In this document: in pieces, positions 1 to 42,914 of the stretch
How the letters are laid out: each line of letters starts with the position of its first letter
How positions within the stretch are numbered: the first letter of the stretch is position 1
Assembly: GCA_951406725.2 (NCBI GenBank)
Contig: OX597814.1
Coordinates: 40,114,001 to 40,178,000 of the forward strand
Source: Octopus vulgaris
Taxonomy: Eukaryota
Direction: 5' to 3'
DNA: 64,000 nt
The notes under the pieces: generated by a model
Databases searched by the model: none
The model's input: only the letters and a program-made list of their open reading frames with translations
What the model was told of the DNA's origin: nothing
Program-made: the position numbers and the translations under genes

Positions 1-256
1 TCTTATTTTGATAGGCGTCTGCATCAACTTGATCAATATACTCATCAATTACAGTATCTTCAGAAAACTGGAACTGCTAATTTGCACACATGCATATATT
101 AGTGTTTCGGAAAAGCAATCTCCCATTTTGAAGCAATAATTTGTTGTCATGCCACAAATACTTTACTAGTTAATACAATATTTACTTGCCATCAGCTAAT
201 TGTACATGGAGTTAATTACTAAATATCATAACGTAGTAATGTGCAATTGTATCTAT

Positions 257-600
257 TGGAGAACAAGAGCCTTACTATTCGGCACAATTTGCTTTATGAA
301 TTTCAGAAGGGCAACAATATAACAAGGGAAAAATATCTAGTGAATATCCTGATGGTGTAAGAGTGTGAAATTGCAATGGTTGTTTCAACAAATTTAAAAT
401 AGGGGATTTTCATCTTTCTGGTGGGTATAGATCAAGAACAACTACTTTCAATAATGACATCTCAAAAACAACAATTGAAAGAAAAAAAAAACTGCAGTCA
501 GTATAGAAGAAAAAAGATATATTGAGCTTTGCTGCCACACAGCGTTAATATTAAGGAGAAGAAAACAGAGATCAATGGGTCATACATTAATGAATCGGAA
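257..600 (+). mobile_element. Decayed mariner transposase N-terminal fragment
   Basis: Translates IRHNLLYEFQKGNN...FNKFKIGDFHLSGGYRS (Mos1-type HTH) with stops. Confidence 0.7.
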
Positions 601-788
601 ACAATGTATTTGTTTTATTATGCCATAATCTAAATATTATTTTCCTAACATCAATGACATACATTTTTATTATTTAGAATCTGCTTCCCGTTTGAGGCCA
701 ATCTGAAGCTAATTTTTTTTTAAATGTTTCACCACGTAACTTATTTGAATTTCGGAATAAAATTTTCTCCCTAACAGCTTTTAGTCAA

Positions 789-1214
789 TACAGTTCTATA
801 TTTAAGAGATGAGGAATTATGTAAAATATTTACATTATTTACATTTGACGAATATTTGTCCTCATATTGTATGCTGTTAACACAACGTTTCGGCTGATAT
901 ACCCAACAGCCTTCATCAGGTGTCATGTTATATTTCGAACCTGGGTTCTAATTCCTACCCCACATGCCCACGAGCATATGACATAGTGGTGAAGAGCGCA
1001 TGCTACTAACCCAAAGATCCTCAATTCGATTCCAGGCAGTGACCTGAATAATGATAATCATAATAATAATAATAATAACAAAAACATCGAAAATTATCTT
1101 AGGAATGAGAACCCAGGTTCCACATTTCCCCAAGACACCTGATGAAGGCTGGAGAGTATATCAGTCTAAGATGAGGACAAATATCTCTAAAATATAAATA
1201 ATGTAAATAATGTA
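789..1214 (+). mobile_element. tRNA-headed SINE-like element with hammerhead-bearing tail and inverted partial 5' copy (copy 1)
   Basis: A box TGACATAGTGG 979-989, B box AATTCGATTCC 1023-1033, an (AAT)n spacer, then tail 1100-1214; 789-956 is the reverse complement of the family tail. Homologous to 38229-38636. Confidence 0.8.
879..924 (-). ncRNA. Minimal type-I hammerhead ribozyme (intact)
   Basis: Minus strand reads GACAC-CUGAUGA-A-GGCUG(10 nt)CAGCC-GAAA-CG-UU-GUGUU: full core, stems I and II pair, palindromic ACGU stem III. Confidence 0.85.
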
Positions 1215-1409
1215 TTGTTTAGTCACTCATTCATTCTAAATATTTTATGTATTCGTTCTCCAACGAACAGTCTACTATTTTTCCTCGTCCATATTCATAT
1301 TTTTCGGCGGAAATTCAATTCCCATGCTGTCGAAATTAGCTGATTAAATATTTTTGTGTGATGAAATTTCATTGGCAACCGATGTTGGTCTCAGACTACT
1401 TGCATTCGC

Positions 1410-1460
<51 letters not shown>

Positions 1461-1584
1461 CATATATATGTTTGTATCTATGTGCATAGAGACGTACACA
1501 CGTGCTATATGTATAGCAATATGTAAAGGTAATGATAAACATTTATTAAATTACATATATGCATAAAGGAACAAATATACTTAC

Positions 1585-31705
<30,121 letters not shown>

Positions 31706-31759
31706 GATTATTCGTGTATGCATGAAGATACAACCGTACGAAAATACCAAGACGCAGCC

Positions 31760-31767
31760 TATATATA
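31760..31767 (-). promoter_or_regulatory. Candidate TATA box of the CAP gene
   Basis: Isolated TATATATA in non-repetitive context (cttTATATATAggctgcg), about 55 nt upstream of the ATG. Confidence 0.5.
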
Positions 31768-32039
31768 AAGAAATGACAGTCTAATCGATATCGGTAACAT
31801 AATTTTGAAGCAGATGTTCCGTAAATGCATATATCGATTTTCAATCATGATTTGGGGCTCAAACATATGCATAATGGAAAAAAATATTCTTTTTTCGTGC
31901 CTGAATTTTTAAAGCTACATGATACGAACAATGTAACGTTGAACATATTGCGTATAATAATTAAAATCCTTTCCATGTACAATCCACATTCATACTTCAG
32001 TTTAAAATCGAAAACATGTTTTATATACACTACTTTTTT

Positions 32040-32530
<491 letters not shown>

Positions 32531-32764
32531 ATATTTAAACATGATTCAAATTTGAATAGAAAAAAGAATGGTAATTTTTATCTGAATATTTTAATATCCA
32601 ATTTTCATTTAGTTAATTAGACAAACATTAGGGAACCGCAGGAAAATGTTGTGCCTAATAAAGGATGTTTAAAAAGCTACTTGGCATTCTGTCAATGACG
32701 AATTATCCACTCGATAATTTGGGATGAAGAAAAAAATAGGACTAAAATGAAAACGCATTTATTA

Positions 32765-32833
<69 letters not shown>

Positions 32834-32864
32834 GTATGTGAGTGTATATATTTATATATATGTG

Positions 32865-32952
<88 letters not shown>

Positions 32953-33411
32953 CATACATTCCTTCTAGTTGACGAGGAGGAGGGAGCGTGGTGGTACTAC
33001 TCAGGAAGACCTAAGATTTACAGGGAAGTACAGTCTTTCTGGACCCAGAAGGTAGGCTTTTCATCCTAGATGTGACCAATGCGAGTAAACCGTTCGTCAG
33101 TTTCTCCTTACAGTGACAGTGTTAGAAGGGTGTGTCTGGTAGACAAGACTGCATGGATTCCTGACGGGAACCTTCATCTCTGGCCCCGGATTGTTCACCT
33201 TTTTTAGATATCACCTGAAGAGCAAGATAGGTCTAGAGAGGAGATGATTGTCGTGGGGCATGCTTGATAAAATATGGAAAGCTGTGGTAAGAAAGGTGGG
33301 TGCAGGTGACACGACTTAATCTCCATGGTGAAAGATAAAATTGTAGCCGCTCGGATTTCACCCATCAGGGTGAATCATACCTTGCTAAATATTATTAAAA
33401 ATATATTATAT

Positions 33412-33452
33412 ACCAGCATTATGACGCGGCGTTGCCGGGTCATAGTGCTAGT
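33412..33452. repeat. Short palindrome resembling fused Helitron termini
   Basis: accagcattatgacgcggc-gtt-gccgggtcatagtgctagt; ends in CTAGT. Confidence 0.6.
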
Positions 33453-33490
33453 GCATGTATATATGTGTATATGTATGTGTACATATTACA

Positions 33491-33532
<42 letters not shown>

Positions 33533-33619
33533 TACACATAAAATACAAAATACAAAGTTGTATCTTGATATCGCTAGTGATAACAATACTCAAAAGGTAT
33601 AACAGACTGGAATTGTAGG

Positions 33620-34330
33620 CCCGTCTCTTGCAATTTCAATCAATTGTATCTTGTCCTCCCTCTTGTATAGAAGTGTGGCTACTATCCAGCATACCTCGAC
33701 ATCTGGGGAGACATTTTAAACTTTTATCTGGGACGTCCTACGTCCCAGATATAAAGGTAAAAAAAAATATTTCCCCTTTGCAAGGTTCGAGTTGAGTACA
33801 CCCTTGCACGCTCCGTTGACTCAAATTTGCTTCTATTGTGGCGAATTTACCGCCTCTGGTTAGTTATCTCTCATAGTCGCACGAAGACACTTTTCGATGG
33901 TGCATTCTTCCAGGTGTTCAAATCTTCTTTTTACTCTACATTGTATACTTTTTAGACGATAGACTTTTCCTTAATTTTGGTGGTGTTATTCTAGATTCAC
34001 CGTCTTTGTCGGTTATCAATCCGAAATTGGTTTGAATTTCTTCCATTTTAATTTTAATGAGTTCGCGCCCACCGACGGCTGCAGCGAAATTCATTTTTGG
34101 ACTTTCTTCTATCGAAGGCATTCTAACAAAAATGCTTCCGGGTAAAAGATGAAAATGATGTCAATTTCTCCAAACAATTCCAATTTTAATCAATAACCAA
34201 AGCTCCTTCTCCCAAAGGGGGAGGGTTACAGCTTTACAACTTTTTAACAAATGCAACACGACAACGTTTACCTTACGAGGAATCAACAAAGTTGATAACA
34301 ATAGTTAACAGTAATAATAACAACAAACAT
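33620..34330 (-). mobile_element. ORF1-like (L1/Tx1-type) retroelement 5' fragment
   Basis: KMNFAAAVGGRELIKIKMEEIQ...ITPP parallels KTSYSAAVSGNFSELEVKVVQVFQ...LLPP at about 36510-36630. Confidence 0.5.
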
Positions 34331-35019
34331 TACGGTGAATCAAAAAGCAGTACTCGGTTGATGCTACAGTCCTTTATGTATAAGAAATAAACCAACAGAA
34401 GTACTCAGTAGAAGCGGCTGTTAGATAAGACAGACATTACATACGGCCAAACTTCATATAGATACTTAATGCTAGCTAATTAGCAGATAATCTAATTTAA
34501 AAGCCGTGGTAAAGGGTCTGTGCACAGCTCCATCTGGTTATTCCATTTCTGCACACTAATTTTATTTGTACGTTATTCGCATTCATGTGAAACCGCTTAT
34601 TCAAGTTCAAGTCATTGATGCAACTTTATACCAATTGCTATTTTTACTTTTAAGTATTACGTTACGATTTAATTATTATATTATACTTTAGTTTGATTTT
34701 GAATATTACTTACTACAAATAATTCAATTGTTATTATTATCTCTAATGTTTATTGTTAAAGTCAAAGTATCCGATATAAAATAGAGAAATGTTTTTGTTT
34801 CACGTTCAACACGTAATACTGAAATAGTGGAGAAGATATGATATTGCTATGGGCTAGCCCTACGCAAGAAGTTGGACATTTTTTGCTCATGAAACTACAT
34901 GGATACTAAGAAAGGCATGTGTAAAATTTGAATGAAATTGGTTGTGTACTTCTGAAGTTTTAGGGAATCATAATGGAGAAGATATAGATTTGCTGTGGGC
35001 TCGCTTTAGGCAAAAAGTT

Positions 35020-36200
35020 AAAGGAGGCAAAAAGGCACTCTACTATACCCATGAGTACGGCTCGGTGGGCACTTTTGCCTACCTATTGTGGAAGAAGAGC
35101 AACAAGAGTGAGAATTGGTAGAGTGCCTCTGGAAATGGATCCATAGTGGTTAGTTACAGCCATTATTACAACTGTAAAGATGAGGTGGAAGTCCTAAAGA
35201 TCGAAAAGTCACGAGAGATCAACTGGTGGGGTTTTGGTGAGGAGGTATTGATCCATCTTACCCTGCCAGACCTGCATAACATATCTGAAGAGTTGAAGCT
35301 CCCCTATGAAACCTAAATGAGAGTGGTGGTGGAGGGGAAACCTCCAATATCTTATAAATGCAAAAGTAGGCATGAAGGCGAGGTGTCCCCTAAGAGATTT
35401 GCATATGGAAGAGTTGCCTTCGACCGTGGATGACATAGCGGTTGACGACGAAACAGAGAAAGAGGAAAAAAAGAGGGAAAAGAAGAAAAAGAGGAAGAGA
35501 AAAAAGGAAGTAGATAGAAAGAGAACACGGGTAGAATGGCCACCGAAAAACCCAAACAAGAAGAAAGGCAAAAAAGAAAAAAGATGAGGAGAAAGAAACA
35601 ACAGAGAATTGAACTCAGGAAGTGGAGCAAACAACATGTAAATGAAGTGAAGCAGAAAAGGAGGAGAAAATTAATGAGTGGAAGAAGAGGGTGGAAGAAC
35701 GCATGAAAGCTATTGCGAAAGAAGGAAGACCTAAGGGACGGAATTTGAGAATGATGATATTTTACGAAAATGGAACAGAAATAGAAAAGAAATTAGCTAT
35801 AAAGAAAGGGTTAGTAAGAGTTAAATTGAATCATGAAAGGTTTGAAACAAACCTGAAAGCAGTGTTGCTGGAGAATGAAAGAATAGACAGATTGGTAGAG
35901 TTATTCCGGACATTGTTTTAGAGACCAGATTATGTTTGCATTACGACAGTTTTCCCAGTGTGATGGAGCTGGAGGAACTGACGAAGCACATAATTGATGG
36001 AGAATTTGGATAAGCATAAACTGTATACATGAACAGTAAAATGGAACTCCGAGCTTTGGGAGGCTCTTAAGCCATTGCATTTCTTTTCATTCGATTTTAT
36101 TGTCGCATACATTTTCATTATACATTTTATGTACCCCACGTTTTATGTTGTTTGTCTTCGTATTGTCCCCCCTATATTCAGGTTATATACCAATAAAGAA
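35020..36200 (+). mobile_element. ORF1-only retroelement 3' part with decayed zinc knuckle and polyA signal
   Basis: VVVEGKPPISYKCK...HMKARCP, a K/E-rich tail, and AATAAA at about 36193. Confidence 0.55.
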
Positions 36201-36219
36201 AAGTTATATGAGTTCGTTC

Positions 36220-37405
36220 CTGTGTGATTTTTTTCGTTATTTTTCTGTTTTAAATCCTTTTATTTGAACTGTTGCACGTTGAGAAACAGAAATTTTCGCC
36301 CTCTTGGGCGGAAAATTCTGTTGTATTATGATGTGGAAAAAAACTTATTGAACAACTTGTTTTACCCGTTACTGGGATAATTTTGTGAATTTGTCATTTG
36401 TGACAAAGATTTTGAAAAATAGTTTTTGTGATGGAATTCAACATTCAACCCCGAAAAGATTTTCCTGAGATGAGAATAGGTTCAAAAAGTAATAAGTAAG
36501 GGACACAGGAAAAGACAAGTTATTCGGCCGCAGTGAGCGGTAACTTTAGTGAGTTGGAGGTAAAAGTGGTACAAGTATTCCAGAATGTAATTAAAAATAG
36601 TGGCGGAGACACTAAATTGTTGCCGCCTCTTGAAACGGTAGAAACAATTAATGCTAGAACGGTTGTATAAAAAAAATCTACAACTTGAAGGAAACGTGGA
36701 TTACGGAAGACAAAAACAAAGTGGCGAAGATGTGCTTGGCAAGAATATGGAATAATGTATTCTACGTTGGCGGTGGTACGATAAGCGCGACTGTCGAAAG
36801 CTTGACTGTTGAAAGGGCTGATGTAGCCAAAGATGTGTCAACAAAGACACTAAAGAACGAGGGGATAATGCTGCTATACACATACTTGGGTTGCAAAACT
36901 GCGAAAATTACGGTGGAAGAAATACCAGCAGTATATGAAGGTATATGGGTAGCCACGTCTGTGATGTACGTTGTAGAGGAAGAGGTATCCATCTTTCAGA
37001 TGAAAAAGGACGCCATAAACTGGAAAGGCAAGACATTAGAAATGGTAGTCCATGCGGAGAATGAGAACCTGGAAAGTTCCCCCCATGGAGTATTTTCAGG
37101 GAAGGGCTATCATTGCAAGTGACCGTGGAGGGAAGTAGGCCCAGATGCTTCAAGTGTGGAGAAAAGAGCCACATTCGTTCCAAATGCATGAAAAAGAAAA
37201 AAAAGTGAATGAGGTTCCTCCCCAAAAAACTGCAAATGAGGTGAAGAAAAAGACGGATAAGCCGGAGAACGCATCACAGAAGGAAGAAAATGTAGCTGAG
37301 AAGAAGAAAGATACAACTGAAGAAATGGAGTTTACCACAGTTACACATAAGCGGAAAAAGACACATGTCCCTGACTCCCCTCCCCAATCAAGTAACAAAA
37401 CATAC
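36220..37405 (+). mobile_element. Gag-like ORF1 (CCHC knuckle) of an L1/Tx1-like element, truncated by an RTE insertion
   Basis: VTVEGSRPRCFKCGEKSHIRSKC (CX2CX4HX4C), then EFTTVTHKRKK. Confidence 0.7.
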
Positions 37406-37407
37406 AA

Positions 37408-38020
37408 CATCATCATCATCATTGTTCTACTGTGGTCGAGACAATGGAATTTACCATGCCACGCCAGACTTCACGGTCCATCATAGAATTACGGAGGTCC
37501 TGTTGCTGGATGCCTGTATCCCTGGAGATTTCATCAGGGTAGGAGAGTGTGCGCCCTCTGGTATTGCGAGTAGATGGCTTCCATAGGAGAAGAGTAGAAA
37601 TTGCCTCGTTTTCAGCTCTACAACAATGTCCAGCAAACTGGACTCTCCTACCTTTCACAAGAGATGACACAGGTGGTAGTTTCCCGTATATTTGGATTTT
37701 GGTTGGATGACGCTTCCACGAGAGATTTTGAGCTCTCATAAGGAGGCGAGTGTAGGTTCCATCCAACCACCTCTCAAGCTACTTTGATAACGTCCAGGTT
37801 TCTGAGCCATATAGTAGAATTGGTTCGACTGTGGCTTTGAAGATTTCAAGTTTGAAGTCTCTACTTAGATTTGATGACCAGATCTTATACATGTCATTAC
37901 AAGCTGACCAGGCCATACGCTTTCTAGTTAGAGAATATTTTCCAAATGATGATATGTATGACACAAGATGTTTGTAATCAGAAACCATATTTAAGGGCGC
38001 ATCGTTGAGAGTATGGATGT
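37408..38020 (-). mobile_element. RTE-clade LINE 3' fragment
   Basis: IFKATVEPILLYGSETWTL, RRVQFAGHCCR, MMDREVWR; (GAT)n tail at 37408-37422. Confidence 0.88.
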
Positions 38021-38228
38021 ACTCTCAACAAACATACAACAGGCACAGACAACCAAACTCAGAAAACTCAACCCTACGGTAAAATCATTTATTACTACCC
38101 CCCCACAAAAATACGTGAAAAAGCAGTGGCCTTTAGATCACACCAGAAGGCACGTGTTTACAAAAGCACGAAAGACACACTGACAGGCATTAGTTTTGCA
38201 TTAATTGAGGAAGGCCTGTGAAAAGAAA

Positions 38229-38352
38229 TAATACAATTGACGGACATTTGTCCTCATCTTGGGAAGATGGCGTAGTGGTTAAGACCTTTTTGCTACTAAT
38301 TCCAAGATTCCGAGTTCGATATCAGGCAGTGACCTGAGCAACAACAATGATG

Positions 38353-38416
<64 letters not shown>

Positions 38417-38636
38417 TAATAAAAATAATAATAATAATAATAACAACAACAACATCGGAAAATACCTTAGAAATGAGAACCAAGTTCGAAATTTCCCCAT
38501 GAAACCTGATGAAGGCTGGAGGGCACATCCCCCGAAACGTTGTGTTAACAACAAACAAGATGAGGACAAATATCCGTCAATTGTAAATAATATAAATAAT
38601 GTACATACTTCCAAATCTCATAAATGTAGAAGTGTA
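38229..38636 (+). mobile_element. tRNA-headed SINE-like element with hammerhead tail and short inverted 5' copy (copy 2)
   Basis: Inverted stub 38229-38261; A box TGGCGTAGTGG 38268-38278; B box GAGTTCGATATC 38312-38323; (AAT)n; hammerhead core 38501-38546; 3' end tgtagaagtgta. Confidence 0.82.
38501..38546 (+). ncRNA. Hammerhead ribozyme motif, core intact but stems mutated
   Basis: GAAAC-CUGAUGA-AGGCUG...CCCCC-GAAA-CGUU-GUGUU. Confidence 0.65.
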
Positions 38637-39450
38637 TCATTTATCATCTTATGTGATGACGGCTAGCGTATCACAAAGAATCCGTTCTTGGATCCCTGCT
38701 GCTTGTCATATATATTAAGGACATATATGCCATCTTGAAGAATGTTATAGTATTGAAATATGCAGATAACATCTAACAGATCTTAATGAACAAACGGATC
38801 TTTTACGCTATAGATATTTGCTGAAATCTCACTTGGCTACAACTGTGGAACAAAGCGTCACCATGAAATTAGGGAGGAAAAAGTAAGCTTTTACATGCGT
38901 CATCAACAACACTAATATTAGACAATCACAAGATTATTCACCATCATGCAAAAAACAACCATAGGCACCATTTTGAATATAGTATATCAAACCACCCATG
39001 ATGTTTGGAAACGTTTGTTCACGCTCAGGATTGCTGAAGCATTGACTTAACTACCTTAATCAGTTGTTGTCTATCGAGACACAACATCTTTCAGAATTTG
39101 CGTATTTCCTGAACTTCGCAAAAACTGTTTCTAATAGTTATCTTTTGTAATGCACCTGACCACTGTTTGCAAATATCTCGTTATTAATATTATTTTATAA
39201 ATAAAAATATTAATATTATTATTCCTAACTCTCTCAAAGAGAGATATTCTGTGACAGTTTGTTAAATTAAAGATTATTTACCAACATTATATATATTATA
39301 TATATATATATATAAATATATATATGTCTATATATATATATGAAGATATTTGCGATCTATAAATGTGTATCTCTTTATCTCACTCTCTCTCTAACCCCCA
39401 CACTCGCACAAAGACTCACTCACTGCCTCTCTTTCTCTCACTACTATATG

Positions 39451-39514
<64 letters not shown>

Positions 39515-39521
39515 ATGTATA

Positions 39522-40430
39522 TGAAAACAAGCAGCAAGGATATCCAGAGGTAATGCAGTATGATCGTTTCACGCAACTCCATTTAAATGAACAATGAAAG
39601 CATTGAATCATTTTATATGCAGAGCAATCCTCAGCTGCACAAAGACATAAAATTTAATTAAATTAAAACAGATGGCCACATTAATATAATTTTACCTAAA
39701 ATCTCCAAGACGTTAAGGATATAGACAAACACCATTGTTGCCCTTCCATCCACTTAGAAGCTACTAAATTATCAGATATCAGGGAGAAAGGCTTATATTC
39801 TCAAGACAGATTTTGCTCATCACTTTTATATGGGGTAAATTTTAATTTATAGACTAGTTCTATATAAATAAATAAATGCTATTATAAAATACCAAAGAAA
39901 TAAAATAATCAGGTATATTTCATTATCAATGGTCTGCTAGTGACCACCCCCCTTAATTGTCAGCTAACATCTTGATTTAAGTTTTCCTTTACCAAATCCC
40001 ATGATGTTGCTTCAAATAAATCTTGATTTTTTATGATAATGCCCACTATGATTTCTGTCGACTCCCGCAGCCCTATCCCAACAATCCGTCCTTAGAAATA
40101 CAAGGATTTGATAAAAGTATTCTATAAATTAAAACTGACCCCATATAAAAGTGACAAACAAAATCTGCGACAAGACTTTCTTCCTGATAACTTGGAAGCT
40201 TCTAAGTGGAAGGAAGTGCAACAATGTCCTTTGTCTTTCTCTTTAACGTCTTGGAGATTTTAGGCAAAATGATTTTAATATGTCCATCTGTTTTGATTTA
40301 ATAATTTCTTTTGTGCAGCTGAGGATTGCTCTGCACTTAAATAAATTTAATTGTTGCATTGTTCAATAAAATAGACTTGTGTGAAACGATCGTGCTACAT
40401 TACCTCTGAATATCCTTGTTGCTTATTTCG
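39522..40430. mobile_element. Foldback/MITE-like element with about 310-330-bp imperfect terminal inverted repeats
   Basis: 39522-39853 is the reverse complement of 40121-40430 (e.g. gcagagcaatcctcagctgcacaaa / tttgtgcagctgaggattgctctgc); non-coding spacer. Confidence 0.85.
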
Positions 40431-40531
40431 ATTCTAATCACATTATTTTGATATTGTATGGATAATACCGTACTAAATTCTGATGTCTCAAATTAAGAAC
40501 CATATTCATTTAAATATGAATTTTTGCTGAA

Positions 40532-40726
<195 letters not shown>

Positions 40727-40780
40727 CGTTTATATATTCGCTTTGCAAGATTCTGATGTGAATTCTTGTGTTGAAATCGA

Positions 40781-41252
40781 TGTTGTATTTGGGGATGGTC
40801 ATGTTGCCAGTTTAGCCAATGAAATCACATGCACTATATATTTGTTGTTTACTTGCTTCAGCTTTATTTCATGCTTGGAAAGAAGTGGAAGTCAGATGGT
40901 TCGAGGTCGGGAGAGTAAGGAGGATGAGGAAAGCATTTATAGCCGCAGGAGAGTGCCTTCCTCTTGGCAACATGCGCATTGAGAAATGGAGCGTCGTCAT
41001 AAAGGATTTCTTTCGTCACACTTCTGCGCCCTCATCAGTTGTACTCTGCTTTCTTTTTTATTTTTTAAAAGAAGAGAGAAGAAAGCAAAAGACCATTGAT
41101 GAGGTCACCGATGTGAGACGAAAAAACTGTGAGCGAAATACAATTAATATAAAATAAATATGAAATACTGCTGAAGCAAGTGAACAACGAATATATAGTG
41201 GGTGCGTTTTCATTGCCTAAACTGGTAACATGACCATCCCTAAAGACAACGG
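40781..41252 (-). mobile_element. Mariner-derived element with about 90-bp inverted repeats
   Basis: Arms 40781-40872 / 41159-41252; internal minus-strand [18 protein letters not shown]. Confidence 0.8.
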
Positions 41253-41290
41253 TATATTATAGACACACACACACACACATATATATATAC

Positions 41291-41415
<125 letters not shown>

Positions 41416-41439
41416 TAATATACGTATATATGAATATAA

Positions 41440-41489
<50 letters not shown>

Positions 41490-41849
41490 ATATATATATA
41501 TTTACCTTGATATTTATGTAGAGACGTCTTTATCTTCTCTTCGGTACATATTTCATATTATTCTTTACACCCGCTCTCTCTACATCTCTCATTATCAATA
41601 CTCTTTTCCAACAGTTTTGTTACAACAATGTTCACAGGTACATCAGTTAACTTCCCATTTGCGCCCTATCAATTGCTCTTTTTTTTCTTTTTTACGTTCT
41701 ATTCCTTTCCATTATTCCTTTCTTTCCTCTACGTTAATTTACTTCCTTTTTACTATCCTTACCCCTCTGCCAAATATCGCTATTATTATTTCATCCTTTG
41801 TCTTTTCTTTTCTTTCTTTCTTGCAAATCTTTATGTTTGGGGTTGGAGG

Positions 41850-42240
41850 TTGTGAGTTATCCTGATTCCATTGCTTCGAATGGACTTTATTCTCAGTATC
41901 AATGTAATGAACCTATGTTTCACAGTGTCTGATAAAGTCCTACTTGTCGTCTTGGCATTTTGCCAACAGAGCCTGGGAGGAATTGAATCGCTCCTGCTTC
42001 TGAAAAGAATGTGAACATCCGGGGAATCCATCGTGCACACAACTTCCATATGTGCAAATATTCGTCAACGATTTTTTGCACGAACTCTACATATATCAAC
42101 ACGTCTTCGAATAGTTACCGAAATGCTATGCTGCCATCCTCCAAAATGACAGTTTCAAATTCCTGGGAAGTGACGTCATCAATATGTGATCGTCCAAGAA
42201 TAAGAGCGGTTTCCTCTGATGTTCATTCCATATTTAAGGA
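41850..42240 (-). mobile_element. Mariner transposase fragment
   Basis: VQKIVDEYLHIWKLCARWIPRMFT (WVPH-like linker). Confidence 0.7.
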
Positions 42241-42914
42241 ATAAAATATATCCCTTATTATCATTAACTTATGTTTTGCAGAATTTATAAATGCTACACT
42301 AACGTACTGTAAATAAATAGACATTTCAAAATATTTTTAGATGTCACAGTTTCAGAACATATACATTAATCTAAATATTTAATATTTGTTCAAAAAATAT
42401 GCTGTATATAGATGTGTGCTAAATTATTAGGTTGTTGTTTTTTTTTATTACAGAACTTTTAAAATCTCAGTGTGTAACCGCCATTAATTGTGTAGTTGAA
42501 TATATAAAGAAAATGCCTTGTACTTGTAATCACGTTAAAATAAATATCATAATAGGATGAGAGTAGATATCCATGTCAAATTTTAATACCGAATAATCAT
42601 TGGCTTCTATACGTTTGTAACAGGTTTTGACACTATTTAGATGTCAAATAAAAAACAAATATAAATATTTTATGTAAAAACTGCAGGCGCATGCTTAAAG
42701 GAAAGTTGTTAAAAAGCATTCTAATGGAATATGTGACTATCTGTGACGCAGACTGACGTATCTGAATAAGCGATCAATGTGCGGGTGTCTTGTAAGCTAA
42801 AGTAACATCATATGAACGTTCAAAATGTAAAGTCCTAAAATTGCACTAGTAAGTGGTATTTGTGTATATGTGATTATATGAGCGTGGGCGAGTGTGTGTG
42901 TGTGTATGTGTGTA

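Noticed and set aside
975-1040. tRNA gene
   Set aside because: No acceptor stem or Pol III terminator; it is a SINE head, as at 38265-38335.
1232-1272. Possible CAP exon 7 (DCSLENEYIKYLE*) on the minus strand
   Set aside because: The phase fits, but the acceptor context is purine-rich and the peptide lacks the expected Cys-rich domain; the true exon is probably outside the window.
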